Assembly (NCBI GenBank): GCA_029856045.1
Contig: JAHQWG010000016.1
Span: 96,001 to 160,000 of the forward strand
Source of the DNA: Promethearchaeia archaeon
GTDB taxonomy: Archaea > Asgardarchaeota > Lokiarchaeia > Sigyniarchaeales > SOKP01
Direction: 5' to 3'
DNA: 64,000 bases
The translations under genes were made by a program, and so were the position numbers. Numbering within the stretch: the first letter of the stretch is position 1; the number at the start of each line of letters is the position of its first letter. Under the pieces are notes generated by a model. The model had not been told where the DNA came from. It saw only the letters and a list, made by a program, of their open reading frames with translations, and did no database searches. Positions 17,851-27,512 of the stretch are shown here, in pieces.

Positions 17851-20150
17851 TCTTTATATATTTCATTCCAATTATTTTTTAATCGAATTTTAAGATTATT
17901 ATGCCAATATTGAAAATCAAGGACATGATATAATTCCTCTTTAACCCGGTCTTTTTCATTCTCATCTAAAATATGCTTTAGAGTTATAGTCATAGGTCGT
18001 GCGATTAATTTCGAGAAATATTTTAATTCTATTCTTTCTAAAAATTCAAATAATGATTCTTGAGAATCATCTGGAAAAATTAATTTAATAGGTATTTGAG
18101 GTTCTAATTCAAATCTAATTTTTTTTAGATCCTCAATTATAATGTTTTCTATATATTTAGGAAAATTTTGTTTAATTTCTAATGAAGCTTGATAATGTTT
18201 AGAGAAATTTAAGAGAATACTTTTTTCTTCTTGATTAATAATGGTTTCAATGTATCTATTCAAAACTGCGCTAAAATTTTTTGGGTCTTGATCTTGTTTT
18301 TCAATTTTTTCCAAGAAATCAATAAATTCATTAACAATTTCATAAATTTGCCAATCTTTCTTTTCTATTATGTTCAAGTATTGTTTAACATATAATTTTA
18401 TCCAATTTAGACAATGCTCGCTCCATTTTAAATCAATCCCTCCCACTCTTTTTTGTAAGAATCTATGAAAGTAATTTCCAAATGTAACTGGATCTTGAAT
18501 TTCATCTATAGATATTCCTCTAAGGAATCGGTTTATTGTAGAATATCGTAAAATAAAATTTAGTAGATATTTTATTTCTTCAGAAAAAACTTTAAGTTTA
18601 TCTAAATGTATTCTAATTCGGCTTGGGTCTTCATCCATCATTATCTCTGAAAAAGAAATAAGATCGGATATATTGAAATCTAGATTTTCAAAAAATTCCA
18701 TTATACTGGAATTAATTATTTCTTTAATTTCTTCAATTGGTTGTGTCTCATCATATTTATTTATTCTTTCAATAATCAATCTTTTTTCTATTAAATTACT
18801 AATGAAATCATCCAATTTATCAATAAATTTATTTCCGAGGATATTTGAGAGTTTTGGCTTATTTTTCATCAAGATTCTTAGACTTTGTATATATTTCTTT
18901 AAATAGAATTTTAATCGATAGCCAAAAAGGTATTTTGGAAGCGCGATAATGAATATTTTTAAGGTTTTTTTAAATAACTCATTCAAATAGTTTAGTGTTG
19001 ATTCGAGCTCAGCAGCGTGAATATAATTATATTCTTTTAACAATTGTTTCAGAGTAAATTCAACTAAATAATTATATTCTTTGTAATTTTCTTCGGTTAT
19101 TTCTATTTTATGAGAAGCATATTTTAATAATTTTTCTATAATTTCCTCTAAATTGCCAGTTTCGCCCGTTTTAATGAATTTAAAAATGAAATCGAAATAT
19201 TTACTAAAAGATAAAGAACAATTCATTAATATTGCATTTATCTTATCAATTAACCATTGATCATTTTTAAGCTCTTTTATTGGTTGAATTTTTTGAGCAA
19301 TATGTTCAATTAAGTAAGTAACAATCTTTTCTTGAATCTCGTCAATTGTACCAGTATTTGCAATTTTTAATAAATTCGCCCCCAATTTCAACGTATTTAA
19401 CGTAATGAAATATGCGCTTGGTGATGAGATAAAATATTTAGTATGTTCATTAATAACAGTTTCTTTAAAATTTAAAGGCATTTTTACAAATATAGGGTTC
19501 TCAACTCGTATTTCAGGGGGGGATTCTCCATATAAAAATATATTATCACCCTTAATTGTGCTATATACATTCATTGATTCATCTTCAGTAGGTGTCGAAG
19601 ATTTTATTCCAACTAATTTTTTATTCCATTTACCCTCCAATAAATCTCCTTGTAGTTTAAATGTGAAATGAGTGGCAAATTTCGCTAGAACTGCTTCTTT
19701 ATGAAATTTATTTAAATCAGGACGTCTAGTAAATTCCTCAACTTCAAAAAATAATTTACTGATTTTATCGAGAGATTCTCGGGAATTATGAATTTCTAAA
19801 ACTTTTTTTTCAGGCTTTAATGCAAGTAGAAGAGTTTCACAATCCTTAAAAGAACCAGGAATAAAAATCATAGAATTTGGATATAATTTAGTTTTTGCAT
19901 CTTTCTCATCAATATTAAATAATTCAAATTCAATGAAATAAATTTCTGAGCCAGCATAATCTTTTAACATTGCATTATATTGAGCTTGAAATATCAATAG
20001 TTCACTAACTAAGTTTTTTATTTTTTCCTGTGTTAATTTTCCAGGTCCAATAACTTCTCCAACTTTTATATTTCGATCTGGAGAGGAATATCCAAAGATT
20101 ATGGTATAAATATTCTCAATATATTCGCGTGTAGTAATCAAATAAATCAA
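17835..20150 (-). CDS. large hypothetical protein
   Basis: 771-aa ORF; no motif recognised. Confidence 0.75.
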   Translation of the reverse strand: MIYLITTREYIENIYTIIFGYSSPDRNIKVGEVIGPGKLTQEKIKNLVSELLIFQAQYNAMLKDYAGSEIYFIEFELFNIDEKDAKTKLYPNSMIFIPGSFKDCETLLLALKPEKKVLEIHNSRESLDKISKLFFEVEEFTRRPDLNKFHKEAVLAKFATHFTFKLQGDLLEGKWNKKLVGIKSSTPTEDESMNVYSTIKGDNIFLYGESPPEIRVENPIFVKMPLNFKETVINEHTKYFISSPSAYFITLNTLKLGANLLKIANTGTIDEIQEKIVTYLIEHIAQKIQPIKELKNDQWLIDKINAILMNCSLSFSKYFDFIFKFIKTGETGNLEEIIEKLLKYASHKIEITEENYKEYNYLVEFTLKQLLKEYNYIHAAELESTLNYLNELFKKTLKIFIIALPKYLFGYRLKFYLKKYIQSLRILMKNKPKLSNILGNKFIDKLDDFISNLIEKRLIIERINKYDETQPIEEIKEIINSSIMEFFENLDFNISDLISFSEIMMDEDPSRIRIHLDKLKVFSEEIKYLLNFILRYSTINRFLRGISIDEIQDPVTFGNYFHRFLQKRVGGIDLKWSEHCLNWIKLYVKQYLNIIEKKDWQIYEIVNEFIDFLEKIEKQDQDPKNFSAVLNRYIETIINQEEKSILLNFSKHYQASLEIKQNFPKYIENIIIEDLKKIRFELEPQIPIKLIFPDDSQESLFEFLERIELKYFSKLIARPMTITLKHILDENEKDRVKEELYHVLDFQYWHNNLKIRLKNNWNEIYKEWMIY

Positions 20151-20359
20151 AAAAAATTTTTTATTATCTATATTTATTTTAAAATCTTATATAAATAATT
20201 ATATCGTTATTTTTAATTTAATCCATCCTAAATTTATCTGAAATCATATTTACATTTTTTATTTAAAAATAATCTTAAAAGAAAAAAAATAAATAACCAT
20301 TTCCTTATTAGAATTATATTAGTCATAAAAAAAGTTTAAATTTGTGGACGTGAGAATAA

Positions 20360-20764
20360 ACGCAATTCGGTTCTGACCTAGGATTAGATCAGCGGGTTAT
20401 TGATGAAATTGCCCCTCAAATAACTTTTATCACATCAAATTGTGAAATAGAGGCACTAGCACTTGTAAGCCAAGAAGGATATGTCATAGCTTTCAGTTGT
20501 CTCCCACAATATAAAATGGATGGAGATAGATTTGGAGGTCTAAGTTCGGCAATTCTAATGACAGCGAGGAGCGCAATGAACTCACTTTTTGGAGAAAATA
20601 TTAATGAAATAATTGTAAGAGGAGATACAGGTTATTTTATTGTATCAAATGCCGGTCGTTTCGTTTTAGTTGGAGCAGGAACTATTATTCAAACAATGAT
20701 GAAAACAGTGAAGGTATTTAGAATCGCCGCAAATAAAATCAGAGAAATTCTAAGCAGAGTCTAA
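20360..20764 (+). CDS. Roadblock/LC7 (MglB/LAMTOR-like) protein; probable ACG start
   Basis: Frame open from ACG 20360: TQFGSDLGLDQRVIDEIAPQITFITSNCEIEALALVSQEGYVIA...RFGGLSSAILMTA..IIVRGDTGYFIV; the track ORF from 20516 lacks the first helix and strands of the fold. Confidence 0.85.
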   Translation, partial: TQFGSDLGLDQRVIDEIAPQITFITSNCEIEALALVSQEGYVIAFSCLPQYKMDGDRFGGLSSAILMTARSAMNSLFGENINEIIVRGDTGYFIVSNAGRFVLVGAGTIIQTMMKTVKVFRIAANKIREILSRV

Positions 20765-20830
20765 TATTCTAATTTTGTTTTAAAAAAAAAGATTTATATA
20801 TTTTAAAATATATCACATTTTAATATTGGG

Positions 20831-20844
20831 AAATTTTAAAAAAA
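20831..20844 (+). promoter_or_regulatory. putative BRE/TATA box for the trp-leader transcript
   Basis: GGGAAA-TTTTAAAA about 20-25 nt before TTG 20858; weak evidence in an AT-rich genome. Confidence 0.35.
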
Positions 20845-20857
20845 TTGGTTAAAAAGC

Positions 20858-20935
20858 TTGAAAATTAAGGAATTTAATTGTAATTTTTTTAATTGTTCAT
20901 GGCGTTGGCAGTGGGCTTGGCGTTGGTGTCGATAA
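20858..20935 (+). CDS. putative Trp-rich leader peptide (M)KIKEFNCNFFNCSWRWQWAWRWCR
   Basis: TTG..TAA ORF with five TGG codons in alternating positions, ending ~180 nt upstream of trpB2 on the same strand. Confidence 0.7.
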   Translation: MKIKEFNCNFFNCSWRWQWAWRWCR

Positions 20936-21115
20936 GCCTATTGGCATTGGTCTTTCCTTAATATAATCTTGCAACTTTATTAACTTTTACTTAAATAGTT
21001 TATAATAACTATTTCGCGTCCTAAAACTGCATCATTCTTATTAAGATCTAATAAGAGATGAATCACATCTTAGATGTGAATAAATTGTAATATTAAAAAT
21101 AATATTGAAGGAAAA

Positions 21116-22519
21116 TTGAATATGGATTTATTTAATAGCAGAATAATATTGCCAACTAGTGAAATACCAAAAGAATGGATAAATATACTTCCAGATTTAC
21201 CAACTCCAATAACACCACTAGTCAATCCTGCCGATGGTAAACCAGCACCTCCCGAATTAGCAATGAGGATTTTCGCAAAGGAATGTGTTTTACAAGAGGT
21301 ATCACAAGAAAACTCAATTCCAATCCCAAATGATTTAAGAGCAATGTATGCATCTATAGGAAGACCTACACCACTTCATAGAGCATACAGATTGGAAAAA
21401 GAACTTGGAATAGAAGGAGATAATATAAAGATTTTTTATAAAAATGAATCAGTAAGCCCAACTGGTAGCCACAAATTGAATACTGCACTTGCACAAGCAT
21501 ATTTTTGCAAGAAACAAGGTATTACTGAGATGGTGACAGAAACAGGTGCAGGTCAATGGGGTAGTGCTTTAGCTTTAGCATGTAATTTATTTGGGATAAA
21601 ATGTACAGTGTATATGGTTCGAATAAGTTTTTTACAAAAACCAGGAAGAAAAATTTTAATGAGTATTTTTAATGCCAAAGTACATGCTAGTCCATCAGAA
21701 TTCACAGAATCTGGAAGGAGATATTGGGAAAAAGATAATAATCATAATGGAAGTTTAGGACTTGCAATATCTGAAGCGATAGAACATTGTTTAAGGGATG
21801 AATCTATTAGATATTCTTTAGGAAGCGTTGTAAATCACGTGCTTTTACATCAAACAGTAATCGGTCAGGAGGCAAAATCCCAGCTTTCTAAAATAGGAGA
21901 ATATCCTGACATTGTGATTGGTTGTGCTGGAGGTGGATCAAATTTTGCTGGAACCGCCATTCCTTTTATAAGAGAAAAGATAAGGGGTATACACCCCGAA
22001 ACGGAAATGATCGCTGTTGAGCCTAGAGCATGTCCAAGTATGTGTAAAGGAAAGTATATGTGGGATTATGGAGATACGGCAAAGATGGCACCTATTGTGA
22101 AGATGTATACTTTAGGGCATAACTTTATTCCCTCTCCAATTCATGCGGGAGGATTAAGATATCATGGAATGGCACCAATCCTCTCTATTTTATTGAAGAA
22201 TAACGTCATAAAAACAGTTATGCACCATCAAACAGATGTTATTAAAGCGGGAATTTTATTTGCAAAAACAGAAAATATATTACCTGCACCAGAAACATGT
22301 CATGCGATAAAAGAAGCAATAGATCAGGCATTAAAAGCTAAGGAAAATAAAGAGAAAAAAACAATTCTATTTAATTTTAGTGGTCATGGATTTTTTGATT
22401 TGTTAGCTTATAAAGAATATATGGATGGAGCCCTAAAAGATTATGAGATGCCAACGGAAGAAATTGAAAAGGCGTTATCTGCAGAGGATATGCCGAATAT
22501 AGATGAAGCCTTATTTTAA
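21116..22519 (+). CDS. trpB2: tryptophan synthase beta chain, type 2 (TrpB2)
   Basis: IPKEWINILPDLP, GRPTPLHRA..LE, SPTGSHKLNTA (PLP Lys), TETGAGQWGSAL, GCAGGGSNFAG, HAGGLRYHG, SGHGFFDL. Confidence 0.95.
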   Translation: MNMDLFNSRIILPTSEIPKEWINILPDLPTPITPLVNPADGKPAPPELAMRIFAKECVLQEVSQENSIPIPNDLRAMYASIGRPTPLHRAYRLEKELGIEGDNIKIFYKNESVSPTGSHKLNTALAQAYFCKKQGITEMVTETGAGQWGSALALACNLFGIKCTVYMVRISFLQKPGRKILMSIFNAKVHASPSEFTESGRRYWEKDNNHNGSLGLAISEAIEHCLRDESIRYSLGSVVNHVLLHQTVIGQEAKSQLSKIGEYPDIVIGCAGGGSNFAGTAIPFIREKIRGIHPETEMIAVEPRACPSMCKGKYMWDYGDTAKMAPIVKMYTLGHNFIPSPIHAGGLRYHGMAPILSILLKNNVIKTVMHHQTDVIKAGILFAKTENILPAPETCHAIKEAIDQALKAKENKEKKTILFNFSGHGFFDLLAYKEYMDGALKDYEMPTEEIEKALSAEDMPNIDEALF

Positions 22520-22602
22520 ATTTAATAAATTTTTTTTTTTTTTATTTTTTTAGTTAAGTTAAAATTTTTTTTAATATTTAACTTAATAATAAAAATTAGT
22601 AA

Positions 22603-23697
22603 TTGTGCATTTTTTTGATAGTTACGTACCTAATATATTTATTTTTACTATTTTTGACATGTGGTACGTTATTTAAACTTTCATTTATTTCATATAAATA
22701 TGATGAAATGATTGCTTTTATTAATAATATTATTACTAGTTCAACATTACTATTCGCAATTATTTCAAGTATTTTGAGATCTATTATTAACCCAAATATT
22801 AATCCAATTTTAATATATCCATTTGATTTCTTTACTATAATATTTATGTTCCCCTTTTTTCTTGCGTTCCATTTATTAATATATAGAGAAAGAAAAAGAA
22901 TGAAAAAAGATACGAATAATTTAACTGAATTACGTGTTGATGCTGAAGGATTGAGAGTATTACCTCTTAAATATGAGATATACAGGAAATTAACTCATTT
23001 AATAGTTATTTGCATTTGCTTTTTCTATTTCATATTTGGAGTATTTACAAAATTTCTTTTAGATAATTTTATTTCCATTCTTCCCGATTTTATTAAGAAT
23101 TTTTTTTCTGGGGCAAATTTAATAATTTTAAATAATGTAGATTTTACTCAATATTTAGTTGTTTTTTTAACCAGTATTTCATTAATGGGACTTTTAACAG
23201 CAGATTATGTGAGAATAATTGCTCCCGAAGATTATCCTTTGAAATCAATTAATCGACTTTTACGACAAAGAGAATTAAAAACTAGAATAGGACCTCATAT
23301 TACAATGGCAGTAGGGACTATTTCAATAGTCCTAATTTTTGGACCTCTATCAAACATTGGTCCGTTAATAGTTAGTCTTTCAATACTTATGTCCTCCGTT
23401 GGTGATAGTTCAGCAAATTTAATAGGAATCACAATAGGATGTCATAAAATAAGAGAGGGAAAAAAGAGTTATGAAGGATTAATTGGTGGGATTTTATTTT
23501 CTTTTTTATCCGGAATTTTCTTTTTAATTTTTCAATTCTTCCCGAACTTTATAAGCCCTCAGAAAATACTTCTTATCTCATTAACAGTTGCTTTAATAAT
23601 TGGGATAATAGATTATCTTGATTTGCCAATTGATGATAATCTTAGTTTCCTAATAACATCTTCAATTATTATATATTTATTATTGCAAAGTTTTTAA
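22603..23697 (+). CDS. CTP-dependent polyprenol/dolichol/diacylglycerol kinase family membrane protein
   Basis: EIYRKLTH, GDSSANLIG..G.H, KKSYEG, IDDNL; multiple TM segments. Confidence 0.75.
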   Translation: MCIFLIVTYLIYLFLLFLTCGTLFKLSFISYKYDEMIAFINNIITSSTLLFAIISSILRSIINPNINPILIYPFDFFTIIFMFPFFLAFHLLIYRERKRMKKDTNNLTELRVDAEGLRVLPLKYEIYRKLTHLIVICICFFYFIFGVFTKFLLDNFISILPDFIKNFFSGANLIILNNVDFTQYLVVFLTSISLMGLLTADYVRIIAPEDYPLKSINRLLRQRELKTRIGPHITMAVGTISIVLIFGPLSNIGPLIVSLSILMSSVGDSSANLIGITIGCHKIREGKKSYEGLIGGILFSFLSGIFFLIFQFFPNFISPQKILLISLTVALIIGIIDYLDLPIDDNLSFLITSSIIIYLLLQSF

Positions 23698-23764
23698 TTA
23701 TGGATAATTTCTTAAAAGATAAATAAAGAACAATTATTGGTTTTATTATTAAAGTGAGATAGAT

Positions 23765-24271
23765 ATGGAAGAATTAGACAAATTAAAAATACCAAAAATT
23801 AAAAAAGGGACAGTAATTGATCATATAGACCCAGGATATGCATTATCTATTATGGATATTATTGGGTTAGGAGAGACACAGAATCTAATGACAATTGGTG
23901 TTAATATTGAATCAAAAAAATACGGAAAAAAGGACCTTATTAAAGTTGAAAATATATTTTTAACAGAAACTCAAATACAACAAATTTCAATAATCACACC
24001 AAATGTGTCAATATCGTTAATAGAAGATTTCAATGTAATAGAAAAAGTAAGATTAAAGTTACCAAAAATAATTAAAAAATTAATCAAGTGCCCAAATGGT
24101 ACTTGCATTTCTAATTCTGAAAAAGAACCAATTGACTCTGAATTTAATGTATTAAATGAAAAACCTTTAAAAATTCAATGTATTTATTGTGATCGAATTT
24201 TAAATTTAGATGAATTAGTTTTTATTGAAAAAAAGCGAGAAAAGAGAATAAAACAGAGAATATTATTATAA
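23765..24271 (+). CDS. pyrI: aspartate carbamoyltransferase regulatory subunit
   Basis: IKKGTVIDHI, GKKDLIKVEN, KCPNGTCISN..EP, CIYCD. Confidence 0.95.
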   Translation: MEELDKLKIPKIKKGTVIDHIDPGYALSIMDIIGLGETQNLMTIGVNIESKKYGKKDLIKVENIFLTETQIQQISIITPNVSISLIEDFNVIEKVRLKLPKIIKKLIKCPNGTCISNSEKEPIDSEFNVLNEKPLKIQCIYCDRILNLDELVFIEKKREKRIKQRILL

Positions 24272-24592
24272 AAATAAAAATTTTAAAATTGTATGTATCA
24301 AAGTCCCAGCTACCATGAAAGTAAAGAAAAAAATTCCAATACCAGTTTTTAACATTATTTTCCAATTCCATTCTTCATTATCATAAGGAGAAATCAAAAA
24401 ACCAATTATAAAAGGAAAGCCGAGCCAAAAAGAGAGCATCCAAATAAACATCGGCCAACCAATTAAACCAAGAAATAATCTTCCAACTAATGCACTAACG
24501 ACACCTGTTATTGCTTTAGTCCAATAAAGCTTATTTTCTTTCTTCAATCGTATTTCTAAGAGATCAGTTTCTTCCTCTTTTTTATTGGACAT
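24266..24592 (-). CDS. EMC6/Rab5IP-like 3-TM membrane protein
   Basis: LYWTKAITGVVSALVG..LGLIGW..FI and LKTGIGIFFFTFMVAGTLIH follow the EMC6 pattern. Confidence 0.6.
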   Translation of the reverse strand: MSNKKEEETDLLEIRLKKENKLYWTKAITGVVSALVGRLFLGLIGWPMFIWMLSFWLGFPFIIGFLISPYDNEEWNWKIMLKTGIGIFFFTFMVAGTLIHTILKFLFL

Positions 24593-24631
24593 AAAATCTA
24601 ATAATTATAATTATTTTAAATAATTATTGTT

Positions 24632-26677
24632 ATGAAAACGCAACTCTCCAATATTGATGTTTTTGCTGTAGCTAAGGAATTAAATGATAAGTTATCTGAT
24701 GGATTTATTGATAATATATACGAGGTAAAAGATTTATTAATAATAAAAATTAGAACTAGAGAAGCAAATAGAAATCTAGTTATTGAACGAGATTCAAGAG
24801 TAAATCTTACCAATTATAATTATCCTGTACTAAAATTTCCAAGTCAATATTGTAGTTCTTTAAGAAAATTTTTAAAAAATCGTCGAATTTTAAGCGTCTA
24901 TCAGCATAATTTAGATAGAATATTGATAATTGAGTTGAGTAATCAGAACACAGCTTCATGGAAATTTATTATTGAACTTTTTGCCAAAGGTAACTATATT
25001 CTCATAAATGAAGAAAATTTAGTTATGGTAGCAAAGAAATATAAAAAATTTAAAGATCGAGATATATTAGCTAAAAGAGAATATAAATTTCCTCCATCAA
25101 GAGGTTTAGATTTATTTTCATTAGATAAAGATACCTTATCTAAAATTATTTATACTTCTAATGATGAGTTAGTGAGAATAATCGCAAGAAACATTAATAT
25201 AGCAGGATTATATAGTGAAGAAATTTGTAAAACGTCCCAATTAGATAAGAATGTTAAATCAAATACATTAAGCGAAGAAAATTTTAGCGAATTATTCAAT
25301 AAATTAAAGAAATTTGCTCTAAAATTAAAAAATGAAAAATTTAAGCCTCAATTTATTTTAGATGATAAGAATGAAGCGATTGATGTAGTACCATTTGATC
25401 TATCCATATATGATGGGTATCAGAAACAATATTTTGAATCTTTTAATGAAGGTCTTGATAATTATTTTTCAAAGTTAGATTCTGCGAAAATTATAACTCA
25501 ACCAATTGAAAAATATGATCGAGAGATGCAGAAATTAGAAAAAAGATTACAAACACAAAAGGAATATATAAAAGAGCAAGAAAATAAAAAAGAAAAAAAT
25601 TACATTATTGGAGAGAGTATATATAAACATTTCAAAGAATTAGAAAAACTATTAAAAACCATATTGGAAGCAAAAAAGAAAGGATATCATTGGAATGAGA
25701 TTGATGATAAATTAAATTCTGGAAAAGAACAAGGAATTAAAGAGACAATTCCATTTAGAAAAATCATAGCTTCTAAAAAGCAAATTGTTATTCAATTAGA
25801 TGGGAATGAATTTATCATAGATTTAAATAAAAGTATAGGAGTAAATGCAAATTTATTTTTTTCCATAGGTAAAAAAGCACAAAAAAAAATTGAAGGAACT
25901 TATTCTGCCATTGAGGAAACAAAAAAAAAGATAAAAAAACTTATAATTGAGAAAGAAAGTGAACAAGTTATTGTTGATCATTTGGTAAGAAAACCAAAGA
26001 AAAAATGGTATGAAAAATATAGATGGTTCATTTCCAGTGATGATTTTTTAGTAATTGGAGGAAGGGATATCAGTTCGAATGAAGCAATCTATAGAAAATA
26101 TATTGAGCCTAATGATTTGGTTTTACATTCAGAAATTAGAGGATCTCCATTAACAGTTATAAAAAATCCAGAAAATAAGGAGATACCTCTTAATACTATT
26201 AATGAAGCTAGTATTTTTGTTGGTTGCTATTCTCGAGCATGGAAAGAAGGTTATAAAATAACTGACATTTTTTATGTTTTACCTAAACAAGTAAGTAAAA
26301 CGCCCCCTTCGGGAGAATTTTTACAAAAAGGTTCATTTATAATCTCAGGAAAAAAGAATTTTATTCAAAAAGTAAAATTAATATTGGGAATTGGAATTAT
26401 AATTGAAAAAATTAAGGATGATTTGAATCCTGAATTAATACATTTTTACCCGAAGGTAATTTCAGGACCAGAATCATCTATTAAAAAACAAACGCAGATT
26501 TATGAGCTATTAATTCCTCAAAAAGAGGGAAAATCTTCAGGGAGTATCGCAAAAAAATTAAAAATTCTTTTTTTGAAGAAAGTTGATAATGATTTGAAAA
26601 AGTGGGTGAATATTTTGTCCCTAGATGATATAATATTACTGATCCCAGCCGGAAACTCGGAAATATTAGCTAATTAA
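24632..26677 (+). CDS. rqcH: ribosome quality-control protein RqcH/Rqc2/NEMF (NFACT)
   Basis: MKTQLSNIDV..V.EL, LRKFL, DRIL, IIELFAKGNYIL, KWYEKYRWFISSD..LVIGGRD..NE, QVSKTPPSGEFLQKGSF. Confidence 0.92.
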   Translation: MKTQLSNIDVFAVAKELNDKLSDGFIDNIYEVKDLLIIKIRTREANRNLVIERDSRVNLTNYNYPVLKFPSQYCSSLRKFLKNRRILSVYQHNLDRILIIELSNQNTASWKFIIELFAKGNYILINEENLVMVAKKYKKFKDRDILAKREYKFPPSRGLDLFSLDKDTLSKIIYTSNDELVRIIARNINIAGLYSEEICKTSQLDKNVKSNTLSEENFSELFNKLKKFALKLKNEKFKPQFILDDKNEAIDVVPFDLSIYDGYQKQYFESFNEGLDNYFSKLDSAKIITQPIEKYDREMQKLEKRLQTQKEYIKEQENKKEKNYIIGESIYKHFKELEKLLKTILEAKKKGYHWNEIDDKLNSGKEQGIKETIPFRKIIASKKQIVIQLDGNEFIIDLNKSIGVNANLFFSIGKKAQKKIEGTYSAIEETKKKIKKLIIEKESEQVIVDHLVRKPKKKWYEKYRWFISSDDFLVIGGRDISSNEAIYRKYIEPNDLVLHSEIRGSPLTVIKNPENKEIPLNTINEASIFVGCYSRAWKEGYKITDIFYVLPKQVSKTPPSGEFLQKGSFIISGKKNFIQKVKLILGIGIIIEKIKDDLNPELIHFYPKVISGPESSIKKQTQIYELLIPQKEGKSSGSIAKKLKILFLKKVDNDLKKWVNILSLDDIILLIPAGNSEILAN

Positions 26678-27425
26678 TCAATCTTTCTTTTATTAATTCA
26701 TTTCTGATAATTTTTAAATTAGTTAATGAATCAAATAGAATTCCATCGATATCTAATTTTAATAATTCTCTGATCTTTAAAATGGAATTCTTGAGATTAA
26801 TGAAATCCCAAGCTAAGGCGATAATATTATTAGAATGACAAATTTTAATAAAATTTTGTGAAACCAATGTAGAGCGGAGGGAAATCATATCAAATTTCAT
26901 GGATTTAATCTTTTCAGAATTATTTTTTAGGAATTTTTTTAACGTATATTCCTTTGCTTTCGTTATATTATAGCAAATTCTACAATTTGGTAAAATAGAT
27001 TTGACTTTTTCTAATTTCCAAAGGTCTCTTGAGCTAATCACACAATTTGAAATAAGATTATATTTTTCAATTATTCTTACGGCAGGTTCTACTACATTAT
27101 CTCCTTTTAATTCTACTAAAAATTTAGTTTTATTTTTAAATGCTGAAATTAATTCAGTAAATAATGGCATTTTCTGACCATCTTTTTTTGATCTAAACTT
27201 ACAAATTTCTCCGTAAGTCATTTTGGAAATTATACCATTTCCATTATAAGTTCTTTGTAAAGTATTATCATGATTAATGACTAATTTTTGATCTTTTGTT
27301 ATATGGATATCAAATTCAATAAAATCTACACCGTTCTCTATAGCTTTAGAAAATGAAATTATAGTATTTTCATCATAATCTAATCTAGTTCCACGATGGG
27401 CAATTAATAAAGGGTTTTTTGTCAT
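26670..27425 (-). CDS. glycerophosphodiester phosphodiesterase
   Basis: IAHRG, ENTI..F..A, IEFDIH.TKD..LVINHD..L.RT, VELK. Confidence 0.9.
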   Translation of the reverse strand: MTKNPLLIAHRGTRLDYDENTIISFSKAIENGVDFIEFDIHITKDQKLVINHDNTLQRTYNGNGIISKMTYGEICKFRSKKDGQKMPLFTELISAFKNKTKFLVELKGDNVVEPAVRIIEKYNLISNCVISSRDLWKLEKVKSILPNCRICYNITKAKEYTLKKFLKNNSEKIKSMKFDMISLRSTLVSQNFIKICHSNNIIALAWDFINLKNSILKIRELLKLDIDGILFDSLTNLKIIRNELIKERLIN

Positions 27426-27512
27426 ATGATTTAAAATAAGCTTTTTTCATTCCAATTTTATAATACTGAAATAATATACGTAATTATATTTTTGAATTCT
27501 TATTTAAATTTC

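Noticed and set aside
20899-20961. Overlapping ATG ORF MALAVGLALVSISLLALVFP
   Set aside because: Its hydrophobicity follows from reading the TGG-rich tract in another frame; the Trp frame fits the neighbouring trpB2 better. Kept only as the alternative hypothesis
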